From Dehalococcoidales bacterium (GTDB lineage: Bacteria > Chloroflexota > Dehalococcoidia > Dehalococcoidales > RBG-16-60-22), in the NCBI GenBank assembly GCA_034430375.1, contig DAOUER010000075.1, positions 2,027 through 66,026 of the forward strand: DNA of 64,000 nt, read 5' to 3'. Shown piece after piece: positions 50,574 to 61,417 of the stretch (position 1 is its first letter; each line of letters opens with the position of its first letter). A program made the position numbers and the translations under genes. Under the pieces are notes generated by a model. The model saw only the letters and a program-made list of their open reading frames with translations, made no database searches and had not been told where the DNA came from.

Positions 50574-51206
50574 ATGGCAAGATATACAGGAGCAGTATGC
50601 CGTTTATGCCGCCGCAGTGGCGAGAAGCTCTTATTAAAAGGGGCTCGCTGCTTCACGCCTAAATGCGCTGTTGATAAACGACCGAAACCGCCGGGACAGG
50701 CCGGCGCCGGAAGAAGGCGAAGAAGGGTATCCGACCGCGGTTTACAGCTGCGGGAGAAGCAAAAAGCCCGCTACACTTACGGTACCCTGGAAAGGCAGTT
50801 CCGGAAGACCTTCCTTATCGCTGAGAAGCAGGCGGGAATTACCGGCGAGAACCTTTTAGTCCTTCTGGAAAGAAGGCTGGATAACGTGGTCTACCGGCTG
50901 GGTTTCGCCGATTCACGCGCTCAGGCCCGGCAGCTGGTGCAGCACGGGCATATCCTGCTCAACGGTAGGATTACCAATATCCCGTCAGCGCTGGTTAAAG
51001 AGGGAGATACTATCAGCTGGCGCGAGGGAAGCCAGAAAACCGAATATTTCAAGCAACTCGTTGAAGATATCGAAGCCAAGACCGTATTAAACTGGCTGAG
51101 TCTGGACCGGCAAACCATGACGGGGCAGATAATTTCCATGCCCACACCCGAGGAAGTAGATGCCAAGTTTGACGGCAAGGCCATTGTTGAGTATTACTCG
51201 CGATAG
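50574..51206 (+). CDS. rpsD: 30S ribosomal protein uS4
   Basis: [14 protein letters not shown]... uS4 with an S4 RNA-binding domain. Confidence 0.97.
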   Translation: MARYTGAVCRLCRRSGEKLLLKGARCFTPKCAVDKRPKPPGQAGAGRRRRRVSDRGLQLREKQKARYTYGTLERQFRKTFLIAEKQAGITGENLLVLLERRLDNVVYRLGFADSRAQARQLVQHGHILLNGRITNIPSALVKEGDTISWREGSQKTEYFKQLVEDIEAKTVLNWLSLDRQTMTGQIISMPTPEEVDAKFDGKAIVEYYSR

Positions 51207-51229
51207 CTAACGGATAAGGAGGTAGTTCA

Positions 51230-52261
51230 TTGTCTGAACTATTAATCCCAATAATAGAATGTACGGATATTGAGGAAAATTACGGGAGGTTTATTGCCGA
51301 ACCGCTGGAAAAGGGGATTGGTATTACTCTGGGTAACTCCTTTCGTCGTGTTTTACTGGGTTATCTGCCCGGGGCAGCCGTCTCTCAGGTAAGAATCGAA
51401 GGGGTTCAGCATGAATTTACGGTTATCCCGAATGCCAAAGAAGACGTCATGGAGTTTCTTCAGAATATCAAGGAAATGCGATTGAGACCGCTTTCCAGCC
51501 GGGGCGGCACGCTCATCCTCGAAGTTGAGGGGGCTGGCCTTGTCTGCGCGGCGGACATCAAACCTTCGGCTGATTTTGAGATTACCAATCCCGAGCTCAA
51601 CCTGATTACGATGAACCGGCCGGACGCTACTCTTTACGTAGAGATGGACGTGGAAATAGGTACCGGATTCAGGGTAGCCGAGTCCACGGAAAATATGCCG
51701 GTGAGCACTATCCCGGTGGATGCTATTTTCACACCGATACGTAAAGTCAATTACAGCGTCGAACCCACCCACCTGGGACGCGAGACCAGCCGCGAGCGCC
51801 TGCAACTGGACGTCTGGACGGACGGCACGATGTCGCCGGTAGACGCTGTCAGCCAGGCGGGTGCTATCCTGATAGAACAGTTCACGCCCTTCGTGGAATA
51901 CGTCAAAATTTCGCAGATGAAAGCCGAGGAACGGGCGATTCGGTTATCCATACCTGACGAAAAATTCAATATGCCCGTGGAACAACTCGACCTCTCGGTA
52001 CGCACGATGAACTGCCTGAGACGCAGTAATATCGCCACCGTAGGGGAGTTAATCGGTAAAGGCGCCAAAGAACTCCTCAAGCTCCGCAACTTCGGGCAGA
52101 AGTCCTACCAGGAGATTGAGGACCGGCTCTCGTCTATCGGGCTATCTCTCAACCCGAAACCGGAAGACGAAGAGGAAGAAGAGATCGAAGATATGGAAAG
52201 CGTCGGACTGCCGGAAGCTGAAGAGCCGGAAGAACCTGAAACTGGAGAATCACTGACATGA
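51230..52261 (+). CDS. rpoA: DNA-directed RNA polymerase subunit alpha (with an acidic C-terminal tail)
   Basis: NTD and CTD ([14 protein letters not shown]). TTG start. About 35 extra Glu/Pro-rich residues at the C-terminus. Confidence 0.96.
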   Translation: MSELLIPIIECTDIEENYGRFIAEPLEKGIGITLGNSFRRVLLGYLPGAAVSQVRIEGVQHEFTVIPNAKEDVMEFLQNIKEMRLRPLSSRGGTLILEVEGAGLVCAADIKPSADFEITNPELNLITMNRPDATLYVEMDVEIGTGFRVAESTENMPVSTIPVDAIFTPIRKVNYSVEPTHLGRETSRERLQLDVWTDGTMSPVDAVSQAGAILIEQFTPFVEYVKISQMKAEERAIRLSIPDEKFNMPVEQLDLSVRTMNCLRRSNIATVGELIGKGAKELLKLRNFGQKSYQEIEDRLSSIGLSLNPKPEDEEEEEIEDMESVGLPEAEEPEEPETGESLT

Positions 52262-52611
52262 GGCACAGAATAGCCGGAAGAAAACTGGGTAGAAGGAGCA
52301 GTCACCGACGGGCTTTATACCGGAATATGGTGACCGACCTGCTGCGGCATGAGAAACTGGTAACCACCGAGCCGAAAGCCAAAGAGGTACGCGGCATTGC
52401 CGAAAAGATGATAACGCTGGGTAAGAAAAGCGGACTGCACAGCTACCGGCAGGCCTTGTCCTTTATTACGGATAAGAAAGTAACCGAGAAATTATTCGCC
52501 GACCTGGCCCCCCGGTATAAGGAAAGGCCGGGCGGCTACACACGGATTATTAAACTCCAGCCCAGGCTGGGGGACGGTGCCCCGATGGTCAAACTGGAGC
52601 TGGTAGAGTAA
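52258..52611 (+). CDS. rplQ: 50S ribosomal protein bL17
   Basis: [20 protein letters not shown]... bL17. Confidence 0.97.
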   Translation: MRHRIAGRKLGRRSSHRRALYRNMVTDLLRHEKLVTTEPKAKEVRGIAEKMITLGKKSGLHSYRQALSFITDKKVTEKLFADLAPRYKERPGGYTRIIKLQPRLGDGAPMVKLELVE

Positions 52612-52643
52612 CGGTGTTGCCTGCTGCCGTGAGAAGGTGAACA

Positions 52644-53420
52644 ATGGCAGAGTCGATAAAGGGCAGCAAGATTGTGCTGATAATTGAATACGACGGTACG
52701 AATTACCACGGCTCGCAGTACCAGACCAACGCACCGACGATACAGGAGGAGATAGAAAAAGCTTTGGAGAAGCTTACCGGGAAAAGAACGAGGATAAGTA
52801 TGGCCAGTCGCACCGATACCGGCGTTCACGCCACCGGACAGGTAGCCGGTTTTAGCATGGATTCGGCGCTGCCATTAGAATCCTACGTAGAAGGCCTGAA
52901 TCACTTCCTGCCGGACGACATATCGGTCAGGGAGGCTTTTATGGCTGAGGAGTCTTTCGATGTCAGACGCCGGGCGGCCAGTCGGGAATACCGCTACAGC
53001 ATATTGAACAGTCCGACCCGTTCCCCGATAAGACAGCGTTTTTCTCACAAGGTGGCCGGAAAGCTTGATACTAAAGCGATGAATAAAGCCTGCCGGGCAC
53101 TTATCGGGAAACACGACCTGGCTTCCTTCGTTTCCAGCGCGGAAGTAGCCGCGAAAAAGAGAACGGTGCGGCATATACATAAAGCGGAATTTACAAGAGA
53201 CGAGAACATGGTTCACTTCGATATCGTCGCCAATTCCTTTCTGCCCCATCAGGTGCGGAATACCATCGGCTGTCTTCTCAAGGTGGGACAGGGCAAGATG
53301 ACCGCCAGTGAATTTGAAAAAATGATAGAGGCGAGGACTCCCGGACTGGCCGGACCGACGGCGCCCCCGACGGGCTTATGCCTAATCAGGGTAAACTATC
53401 CGGAGCCTCCGGGGAGATAG
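52644..53420 (+). CDS. truA: tRNA pseudouridine(38-40) synthase
   Basis: EYDGTNYHGSQYQ...ASRTDTGVHA catalytic Asp motif. Confidence 0.95.
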   Translation: MAESIKGSKIVLIIEYDGTNYHGSQYQTNAPTIQEEIEKALEKLTGKRTRISMASRTDTGVHATGQVAGFSMDSALPLESYVEGLNHFLPDDISVREAFMAEESFDVRRRAASREYRYSILNSPTRSPIRQRFSHKVAGKLDTKAMNKACRALIGKHDLASFVSSAEVAAKKRTVRHIHKAEFTRDENMVHFDIVANSFLPHQVRNTIGCLLKVGQGKMTASEFEKMIEARTPGLAGPTAPPTGLCLIRVNYPEPPGR

Positions 53421-53425
53421 ACAGG

Positions 53426-53863
53426 ATGAAGACCTACACCGCCAAAGCGGCGGATATTCAACGCGAGTGGCACCTGGTAGATGCCACCGACCAGACGCTG
53501 GGCAGGATGTCCACCCAGATAGCGCGCCTCATAATGGGCAAGCATAAACCGATATTCACGCCGAGCCAGGATACCGGTGACTACGTCGTGGTAATTAACG
53601 CCGCTAAAATCCGCTTTACCGGCAATAAAGCCAGGCAAAAATTGTATTACCGCCATTCCGGATATCCGGGCGGCTTTAAAAGCGTATCCCTGGAAAAGAT
53701 GATGCAGATGGATCCGTCCAAGGTTATCACGCATTCCGTCAACGGGATGCTGCCCCATACCCGGCTGGGCGCCGTGATGAGGAAAAGATTGCGGGTTTTC
53801 AATGATGATGAACATCCCCACGCGGCTCAGCTGCAGGGGAATACCGTAAAGGAAGAAAAGTAA
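53426..53863 (+). CDS. rplM: 50S ribosomal protein uL13
   Basis: MKTYTAKAADIQREWHLVDA... at the internal ATG of the ORF-track ORF. Confidence 0.96.
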   Translation: MKTYTAKAADIQREWHLVDATDQTLGRMSTQIARLIMGKHKPIFTPSQDTGDYVVVINAAKIRFTGNKARQKLYYRHSGYPGGFKSVSLEKMMQMDPSKVITHSVNGMLPHTRLGAVMRKRLRVFNDDEHPHAAQLQGNTVKEEK

Positions 53864-53878
53864 AGGGACAGGGTAGAT

Positions 53879-54274
53879 ATGGATAAACAGAGCTATTTTT
53901 ACGGGACAGGACGGCGAAAAGAGGCCGTAGCGCGCGTCAGGGTGATGTCCGGCAAGGGCGCCATTATCGTCAACGGTACGCCTTACGAAGAGAGGTTCCC
54001 TTCGCTGGAGCACCAGCGTTTAATCTCGCAGCCGCTGCTGGTTACCGAAAGCCTTAATAAATACAACGTCGTTGTGAAAGTCGAGGGCGGCGGTGTGACC
54101 GGGCAGAGCGGCGCCATCTCTCACGGGATTTCACGCGCCCTGGTCAAGGCCGACGAACGCTACAAGCCCATCCTGCGCCAGAACGGACTGCTCACACGCG
54201 ATTCACGCACCAAGGAGCGGAAAAAACCCGGCCTACGCCGGGCCCGCAAGGCACCGCAGTACACCAAGAGATAA
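53879..54274 (+). CDS. rpsI: 30S ribosomal protein uS9
   Basis: ...GGGVTGQSGAI...RKAPQYTKR C-terminus. Confidence 0.97.
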   Translation: MDKQSYFYGTGRRKEAVARVRVMSGKGAIIVNGTPYEERFPSLEHQRLISQPLLVTESLNKYNVVVKVEGGGVTGQSGAISHGISRALVKADERYKPILRQNGLLTRDSRTKERKKPGLRRARKAPQYTKR

Positions 54275-54303
54275 TCAGATAGAAATAACCGAATCAACAG
54301 ATT

Positions 54304-54345
54304 AGCTGGAAGCCTTGATATTCCTGGCTTCCAGCTTTATCTTTA
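54304..54345. terminator. bidirectional intrinsic terminator between rpsI and the PGI/PMI gene
   Basis: Perfect 11 bp stem AGCTGGAAGCC (54304-14) / GGCTTCCAGCT (54326-36), followed by TTTATCTTT on the plus strand. Confidence 0.6.
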
Positions 54346-54348
54346 CCC

Positions 54349-55416
54349 CTACCCCTTCGCCAATCTGTCCTTGAGGTAGGTAATATCATCGACGGGGGTA
54401 GGGTCGACGCCATTAAGAATCCCCAGGTAATAGCTGACGAAATCACCCGTTAACACCAGGCTCATCATCTGACTTATCGGGCTTTGTCGGACGCTATCCA
54501 GATACTCGTAAGCCACTCCGGCTTTTCCCAGGAGTTCCGCGGTTACCTCGTAGCGCAGCTTGAGTCGTTGGTTAAATAACGGCGAACGCAACATTATAAC
54601 CCTAACCTTGTCGATAATCTCCGGTGGGAAGGGATAGCCGACGGTAGCGTTGTGGTTGAGCTCGGGGAAAACCTCGTAGAAAGCCCAGGCCTTGCTGTTC
54701 TCGTTTATCTGGGTTTTCCAGCGGTGGGCTACCTCGGATAGAATCCCGGCGCCGTATATCACCGCCATCTTCCCGTGGAGTCGCCGGGCTATTTGCTTGG
54801 CGGTATTACCGGACAGCGGCGATTTCTCATCCAACTCGGGTATTAGTTTTTCCATGATAACAATAGCTTCGGCTACTTCGTTGGTTTTATCGGGCAGAAA
54901 ACCCAGCTTTTGTAAAATCCCGAGAATGGAGATAAAGCCGTATCCCAGGGCGGCGCGGGGCTGCGATTGATAGTCGATTTTAAAGACGGGGATATCATTA
55001 GCTTCAGCTAACTCACCAAGCTTGCCGCCGGTGGTAATCACCAGTTTTTTAGCTTCAGTTTTCAATGCTGGCTCGAAAGCCGAGAGCACTTCTTCCGTAT
55101 TACCGGAATAGCTGGAAGCAATCAGTAAAGTGCGTTCGTTGACATACATCGGTAAACCGTAGTCGCGGTGAATAATAACCGGAGCGCCGGCTTCGGATTG
55201 GGCCAGGGTTCTTACCAGGTCAGCGCCGATAGCCGAACCCCCCATACCGAGAACTACGATTTTATCAACATGGGCATAATCCGGCGACAGTGAAAATTCC
55301 TGTACTGCCTGCCAGGCCTGTCGACATTGCTGCGGCAGCTCTTTAATACGCGCCAGCATATCCCGGGGGTCATACTTTGGATATATTTGGAGGTCATCCA
55401 GATTGATATCGTTCAT
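54349..55416 (-). CDS. bifunctional phosphoglucose/phosphomannose isomerase (SIS domains)
   Basis: Two SIS-like halves (VVLGMGGSAIGADL, SYSGNTEE) and a PGI/PMI C-terminal region. Confidence 0.85.
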   Translation of the reverse strand: MNDINLDDLQIYPKYDPRDMLARIKELPQQCRQAWQAVQEFSLSPDYAHVDKIVVLGMGGSAIGADLVRTLAQSEAGAPVIIHRDYGLPMYVNERTLLIASSYSGNTEEVLSAFEPALKTEAKKLVITTGGKLGELAEANDIPVFKIDYQSQPRAALGYGFISILGILQKLGFLPDKTNEVAEAIVIMEKLIPELDEKSPLSGNTAKQIARRLHGKMAVIYGAGILSEVAHRWKTQINENSKAWAFYEVFPELNHNATVGYPFPPEIIDKVRVIMLRSPLFNQRLKLRYEVTAELLGKAGVAYEYLDSVRQSPISQMMSLVLTGDFVSYYLGILNGVDPTPVDDITYLKDRLAKG

Positions 55417-55434
55417 ATTTTTCTACCTCACCCC

Positions 55435-56868
55435 CTAATCAACACCGGCTATTTGCTTACCGATTTCCAGCAAACGGCCGACCCGCTCCGGCGAGTCGGT
55501 CTCGGTGTAAATGCGGAGCAGGGGTTCGGTGCCGGAAAAACGGATCAGCAGCCAGGTATTGTCCTTGAGAATATAGCGGAAACCATCGGTTGTATCCAGC
55601 CGTTCGACGGCGACATTATCGATGATTTTCCGGGGATTATCTTTTACCCGGTTGATAATCTTCTCCCTCTCCGCCGCCGGGAACCTTATGTCAACCCTCC
55701 GGTAATGGTGCGGCCCTACTTTGGAGTAAAGGTAATCGATGAGCTCCGAAGGTTTCTTGCCGGTTTTCACCATGAAGTCGAGGAAGTAGAGGATGGCCAG
55801 GATGCCGTCACGCTCGGCGACATGGTTGCGAAAGCCGTAGCCGCCGCTTTCCTCGCCACCGATAATCGCTCCGGTCTCCATCATTAATGGGGCTACGTAC
55901 TTAAAGCCCACCGCCGTCTCATATACCGGGACATCGAATATCTCACCGAGGCGGTAGGCCATACTGGTGGTGGTTATTGTTTTAATCAGGGGTCCACGCT
56001 CACCCCGTACCTCGAGCAGATACAGGCAAAGGAGCGCGAATACCTGGAGTTGGGTAAGGAAAATGCCGTTTTCATCCACGATGCCCATGCGGTCGGCATC
56101 ACCGTCGGTAGCCAGTCCAGCATAAGCCCCTTTTTCTTTCACCACCCGGGAAAGCTTATCCAGATTGGGTGCAATCGGCTCCGGCCTGATGCCGGGAAAA
56201 AGCGGATTACGTTCGCCGTTTATTTCAATTACCTCGGTCATTCCCCCCGTTAAAAGCCTTTCCAGATAGCCGGCTCCGGCGCCGTACATGGGGTCGTAAA
56301 CCAGCTTGAGTCCCGCCCGGCGTATAGGTTCCAGGTCAATTAATCTGGCCACTTGCTCGAAGTAGATGACGTCCAGGTCGATATCTTCAACCAACCTCTT
56401 TTCACGGGCTTCCGCCAGCGGCAGCCGGCTGATTTTCTCGGTATCAAAGGCAGTAGCGACGCATTTTTCTATGGAAGCGGTCGTCTCATCCGAAGCACTG
56501 GAGCCGTGTTCGTTTTTATATTTAAAGCCGTTCCAGATTCCCGGATTATGACTGGCGGTGATGATAATGCCACCACCGGTCTTTTTAGCCAGGACACCGT
56601 AGCTGACCACCGGGGTGGGTGTAGCCCGGGGACAGAGAAATACTTTGATACCGTTACCGGCAATCACCTCGGCAGTGGCGGCCGCGAAATCCTCGGAGGC
56701 AAAGCGGGTATCATAACCGATGATTATGCCCTGTTCCGAAAGCCCCGACTGCTTGAGGTAGTCGGCAACGCCCTGGGCACAGTAGCGCACATTATCAAAG
56801 GTAAAGTCTTCGGCAATGACAGCCCGCCAGCCGTCGGTACCGAATTTTATGGGATTTTTCCTGGCTAT
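55435..56868 (-). CDS. phosphoglucomutase/phosphomannomutase family protein; probable non-canonical (ATA) start
   Basis: TASHNP phosphoserine loop and GDGDADR metal loop. The conserved N-terminal FGTDGWR lies upstream of the first GTG (56790). GGAGGTGA sits 5 nt before ATA at 56868. Confidence 0.85.
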   Translation of the reverse strand: MARKNPIKFGTDGWRAVIAEDFTFDNVRYCAQGVADYLKQSGLSEQGIIIGYDTRFASEDFAAATAEVIAGNGIKVFLCPRATPTPVVSYGVLAKKTGGGIIITASHNPGIWNGFKYKNEHGSSASDETTASIEKCVATAFDTEKISRLPLAEAREKRLVEDIDLDVIYFEQVARLIDLEPIRRAGLKLVYDPMYGAGAGYLERLLTGGMTEVIEINGERNPLFPGIRPEPIAPNLDKLSRVVKEKGAYAGLATDGDADRMGIVDENGIFLTQLQVFALLCLYLLEVRGERGPLIKTITTTSMAYRLGEIFDVPVYETAVGFKYVAPLMMETGAIIGGEESGGYGFRNHVAERDGILAILYFLDFMVKTGKKPSELIDYLYSKVGPHHYRRVDIRFPAAEREKIINRVKDNPRKIIDNVAVERLDTTDGFRYILKDNTWLLIRFSGTEPLLRIYTETDSPERVGRLLEIGKQIAGVD

Positions 56869-56906
56869 TTACGTCACCTCCTGAACTATCTGATAAATAA
56901 AGAGGA

Positions 56907-57194
56907 TTACCTGCCCTTTCTGATTTTATCAACTTCCTTTTCTATCTCGTTTAGTTCCCAGGCCGACTGCTTATGGAAGATAAAGACATCCAGGCCGTGA
57001 AAAATCAGGCCGACACCCCAGGCGGCCATCGGCCAGACAAACCAGGGGTAACCTCTGCCAGTAAAAGCCCAGATGATTACCAAGAGTAGATTGATAACGA
57101 CATAAACAGCAATGTGACTGTAAAAGTCTCTCTTTTCCCTGACTCTTTTTCTGGCAATGGAGTATATTTCTTCTTCAGACATCGGCGGTGGCAT
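56907..57194 (-). CDS. 2TM domain-containing small membrane protein
   Basis: RKRVREKRDFYSHIAVYVVINLLLVIIW...WPMAAWGVGLIFHG pattern of the 2TM family. Confidence 0.7.
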   Translation of the reverse strand: MPPPMSEEEIYSIARKRVREKRDFYSHIAVYVVINLLLVIIWAFTGRGYPWFVWPMAAWGVGLIFHGLDVFIFHKQSAWELNEIEKEVDKIRKGR

Positions 57195-57314
57195 AACTAA
57201 TACCCCCTATCGATAACATACCTGCCATTATTATAGGACATATGCGGTTGGTTATCTACCCATTGAGATTAGCTTTATACCTCTCACCCTGTGTCCCCCA
57301 TTCGAAAGATATTA

Positions 57315-57536
57315 TTACCCCCCCTCCCACCCATTAAGGAGAAGAGGGGGCTCCGCCCCCTCTTTAAGATAAATCTCCCTTAATCCCTCCTTACGAAGGA
57401 GGGAAAGATTGACTAATAAATAAGATATACGGTTTGTACAGTCATCCTCTCCCCTTCGTAAGGGGAGAGCTAGAGAGGGATTTACCCCAAGGGCGGCCGG
57501 GTGGGATTAGATATCTAAAAAAGGGGCGGGGGAAAG
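57315..57536. repeat. cluster of G-tract/C-tract hairpin repeats (three perfect hairpins plus a GGGTGGG...GGGGCGGGGG module)
   Basis: Hairpins at 57342-57364 (10 bp), 57385-57403 (8 bp) and 57447-57469 (10 bp). The module at 57491-57536 matches 6004-6050. Confidence 0.7.
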
Positions 57537-57558
57537 GAAGAGGATTAATTAGTCTTTA

Positions 57559-58257
57559 TTAAACCGTCTTTAGTCTATTGCTAGACTCTAGATTCTTCAT
57601 AGCGAATGACTTATTCTCATACATATAGTTTAAGAAATGCTGTATAGTAGTAATTACTTCTTCACAAAATGACGCCGTTAATGCTATCTCTTCATCAATA
57701 GTATCATGAGAGATGATACCCGTTTTCTTGAGATATGGAATGAGTACTCTTCTGTCTTTATATTCCAGTTCCATAATTAAGCCATCCTTGTGCACGATAC
57801 AATTTCGTACTTTGTAATAAAATTTTAGTTCTTGCCATATTTTACTACGATGATAGGATTCCAAATCTACAAGTTTCCAGACTAACTTAGCCTGCTCGTA
57901 TCCTTTATCTGTCGAATCTTTTGATGGTATTAACTCTATTTTCTTCAGTCTGCTGTATATTACATATATTTCATATTCTAAATATGAAATAGCAGTAACT
58001 AAAAAAGAATTGCGAAGAATCCTGGGAAATTTAACATCATAGTACCAGTGTTTATCATTATAAATATCATTTCGTATATCATTTGGAAGAGAGTCAAGTC
58101 CTAATTCTGTAAATGACTTAGTTTCAAACTCTGATTTAGCTTTGGCCAGATATTTTTCAGTGACATTCAGGAATTGTTTAAGTTCATCAAACTCCTTGTA
58201 CGCCACTAAATGGTCGATGTCTCCTCTTATTGTAATTTCACACATTAAAATTCCCAT
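57559..58257 (-). CDS. AT-rich orphan HEPN-like protein (Rx4H motif RNCIVH)
   Basis: 232 aa ORF, visibly AT-rich compared with its neighbours. YYKVRNCIVHKDG (57807-57790) fits the HEPN Rx4-6H signature. An upstream helix, FPRILRNSFLVTAISYLEYEI, resembles RiboL-PSP/AbiU2-type HEPNs. Confidence 0.6.
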   Translation of the reverse strand: MGILMCEITIRGDIDHLVAYKEFDELKQFLNVTEKYLAKAKSEFETKSFTELGLDSLPNDIRNDIYNDKHWYYDVKFPRILRNSFLVTAISYLEYEIYVIYSRLKKIELIPSKDSTDKGYEQAKLVWKLVDLESYHRSKIWQELKFYYKVRNCIVHKDGLIMELEYKDRRVLIPYLKKTGIISHDTIDEEIALTASFCEEVITTIQHFLNYMYENKSFAMKNLESSNRLKTV

Positions 58258-58279
58258 AGGGTATCTACATAATTGACTA

Positions 58280-59488
58280 CTACCCCATTCCCTCTTTCTT
58301 TAATACCTCAGCCTTGTCGGTTTTCTCCCAGGGCAAGTCGAGGTCGTCACGGCCAAAGTGCCCGTAGGCGGCCGTCTGCCGGTAGATGGGACGGCGGAGG
58401 TCAAATCCCTGGATGATAGCGCCGGGCCGGAGGTCGAAGTGCTTATTAATCAGTTCCTTTATCTTATCAACGGATACCTTACCGGTACCGAACTCTTCGA
58501 TAGATATCGAGAGCGGGTGCGCCTTACCGATAACGTAAGCCACCTGGATTTCCAGTCGGTCGGCCAGTCCGGCAGCGACGATGTTCTTGGCGATGTAGCG
58601 CGCCATGTAGGACGCCGAGCGGTCGACCTTGGTGGGGTCTTTACCGGAGAAAGCCCCGCCACCGTGCCGGGCGGCGCCGCCGTAGGTATCCACGATTATT
58701 TTTCGGCCGGTAAAGCCGGTATCGGAAACCGGCCCGCCGATGACGAACCGGCCGGTGCCGTTAACGTAGTACTGCGTATCGGAGTCTATCAGCGAATCGG
58801 GAACGACTTTCCTGATTACCTGAGCGATGATATCTTTTTCAATCTGCTCCAGGCCGACATCGGGGTTATGCTGGGCGCCGATTACGACGTTAACAATCCG
58901 TTTGGGGACACCATTATGATATTCAACCGTTACCTGGGACTTGCCGTCGGGACGGAGATATTTTAAAGTACCGTCTTTCCTGACCCTGGCCAGCTGCCGG
59001 CAGAGTTTATGCGCCAGCGAGATAGGCAGGGGCATCAGTTCCGGGGTCTCGTTGCAGGCAAAGCCGACCATCATTCCCTGGTCGCCGGCCCCGATTTCGT
59101 CGAGATGGCTGCCGCCACTGGTCTCTTTCGACTCCATTGACTTACTTACACCCTGGTCGATATCAGCCGACTGCTCGGTGATGGAGACCATGACGCCGCA
59201 GGATTGATAGTCGAAGCCGTAAGCGGGACTCGTGTACCCGATATCACGGACAACGTCTCTGACAATCCGGGGGACATCAACGTAGCAGTTAGTGGTGATT
59301 TCACCCAGGACGATAACCTGTCCGGTGGTGGTAGCTACTTCGCAGGCCACCCTGCCGTAGGGGTCTTTACCCATAATATCATCAAGAATGGCATCGGATA
59401 TCTGGTCGCACATTTTATCAGGGTGTCCTTCGGTAACCGATTCCGATGTGAGCATATATTGAGATGAATTAGCAAAACTGGTTGACAT
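58280..59488 (-). CDS. metK: S-adenosylmethionine synthase
   Basis: [26 protein letters not shown] motifs. Confidence 0.97.
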   Translation of the reverse strand: MSTSFANSSQYMLTSESVTEGHPDKMCDQISDAILDDIMGKDPYGRVACEVATTTGQVIVLGEITTNCYVDVPRIVRDVVRDIGYTSPAYGFDYQSCGVMVSITEQSADIDQGVSKSMESKETSGGSHLDEIGAGDQGMMVGFACNETPELMPLPISLAHKLCRQLARVRKDGTLKYLRPDGKSQVTVEYHNGVPKRIVNVVIGAQHNPDVGLEQIEKDIIAQVIRKVVPDSLIDSDTQYYVNGTGRFVIGGPVSDTGFTGRKIIVDTYGGAARHGGGAFSGKDPTKVDRSASYMARYIAKNIVAAGLADRLEIQVAYVIGKAHPLSISIEEFGTGKVSVDKIKELINKHFDLRPGAIIQGFDLRRPIYRQTAAYGHFGRDDLDLPWEKTDKAEVLKKEGMG

Positions 59489-59521
59489 TTCGTCCTCCTT
59501 CGAGCCAGCCGGTTGTTATTA

Positions 59522-60799
<1,278 letters not shown>

Positions 60800-61024
60800 T
60801 TAATTTGGTATCCAATTCCCCACAGGTTTGTGGACTACTGGCACATTATTCCCGATGTTATTATCTGTTATTTCATTCACCTGCCAGTTCAGGTTAACTA
60901 TAACATAATACAAGACATGATACAACATATAGAGCGATATTTCAAGTATCATTTTGGACATTTGTCCCTTTTTATCATGTCACAAACGTTATTCATCCCT
61001 AAATGCTTGTACTTTCCTACCCTC

Positions 61025-61417
61025 TTAGATAATTCCCCAGTCCTGGAAACCCTGCTTAATAACGGCCCCGTACGCTTGAGAAGGTAGGGTTTCTTCCAAC
61101 TGCCCGGATTTAATATAGGTAATCGCCTGGTGAGGCTCATTATCCTCGTCAAAAACGGTAATATTCATTCGCTGATAGCCGACTTCGAACCTGTCAAGTT
61201 GCCGTAAACAGGCTTCACTTACCTCGTAAACGGCTCCACGCACCTTTTCCCCCCGGAATGACTTGATGCTGGCTTTACCCCCACGCCATTCCCTTGACCA
61301 GCCGGTGAAGACGAGTTTATAGTTCGGGAGAACCGCCGTGAACAGGGGCTTACTGTCCGGACAGCGTGTCTGCATCTGCTTTTTACTCAAATTCGTGGCG
61401 TAAGCGAAGTAATACAT
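61025..61417 (-). CDS. gamma-glutamylcyclotransferase-like (AIG2/GGACT family) protein
   Basis: MYYFAYATNL (YFAYGSNL-type motif) and a conserved Glu later in the sequence. Confidence 0.7.
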   Translation of the reverse strand: MYYFAYATNLSKKQMQTRCPDSKPLFTAVLPNYKLVFTGWSREWRGGKASIKSFRGEKVRGAVYEVSEACLRQLDRFEVGYQRMNITVFDEDNEPHQAITYIKSGQLEETLPSQAYGAVIKQGFQDWGII

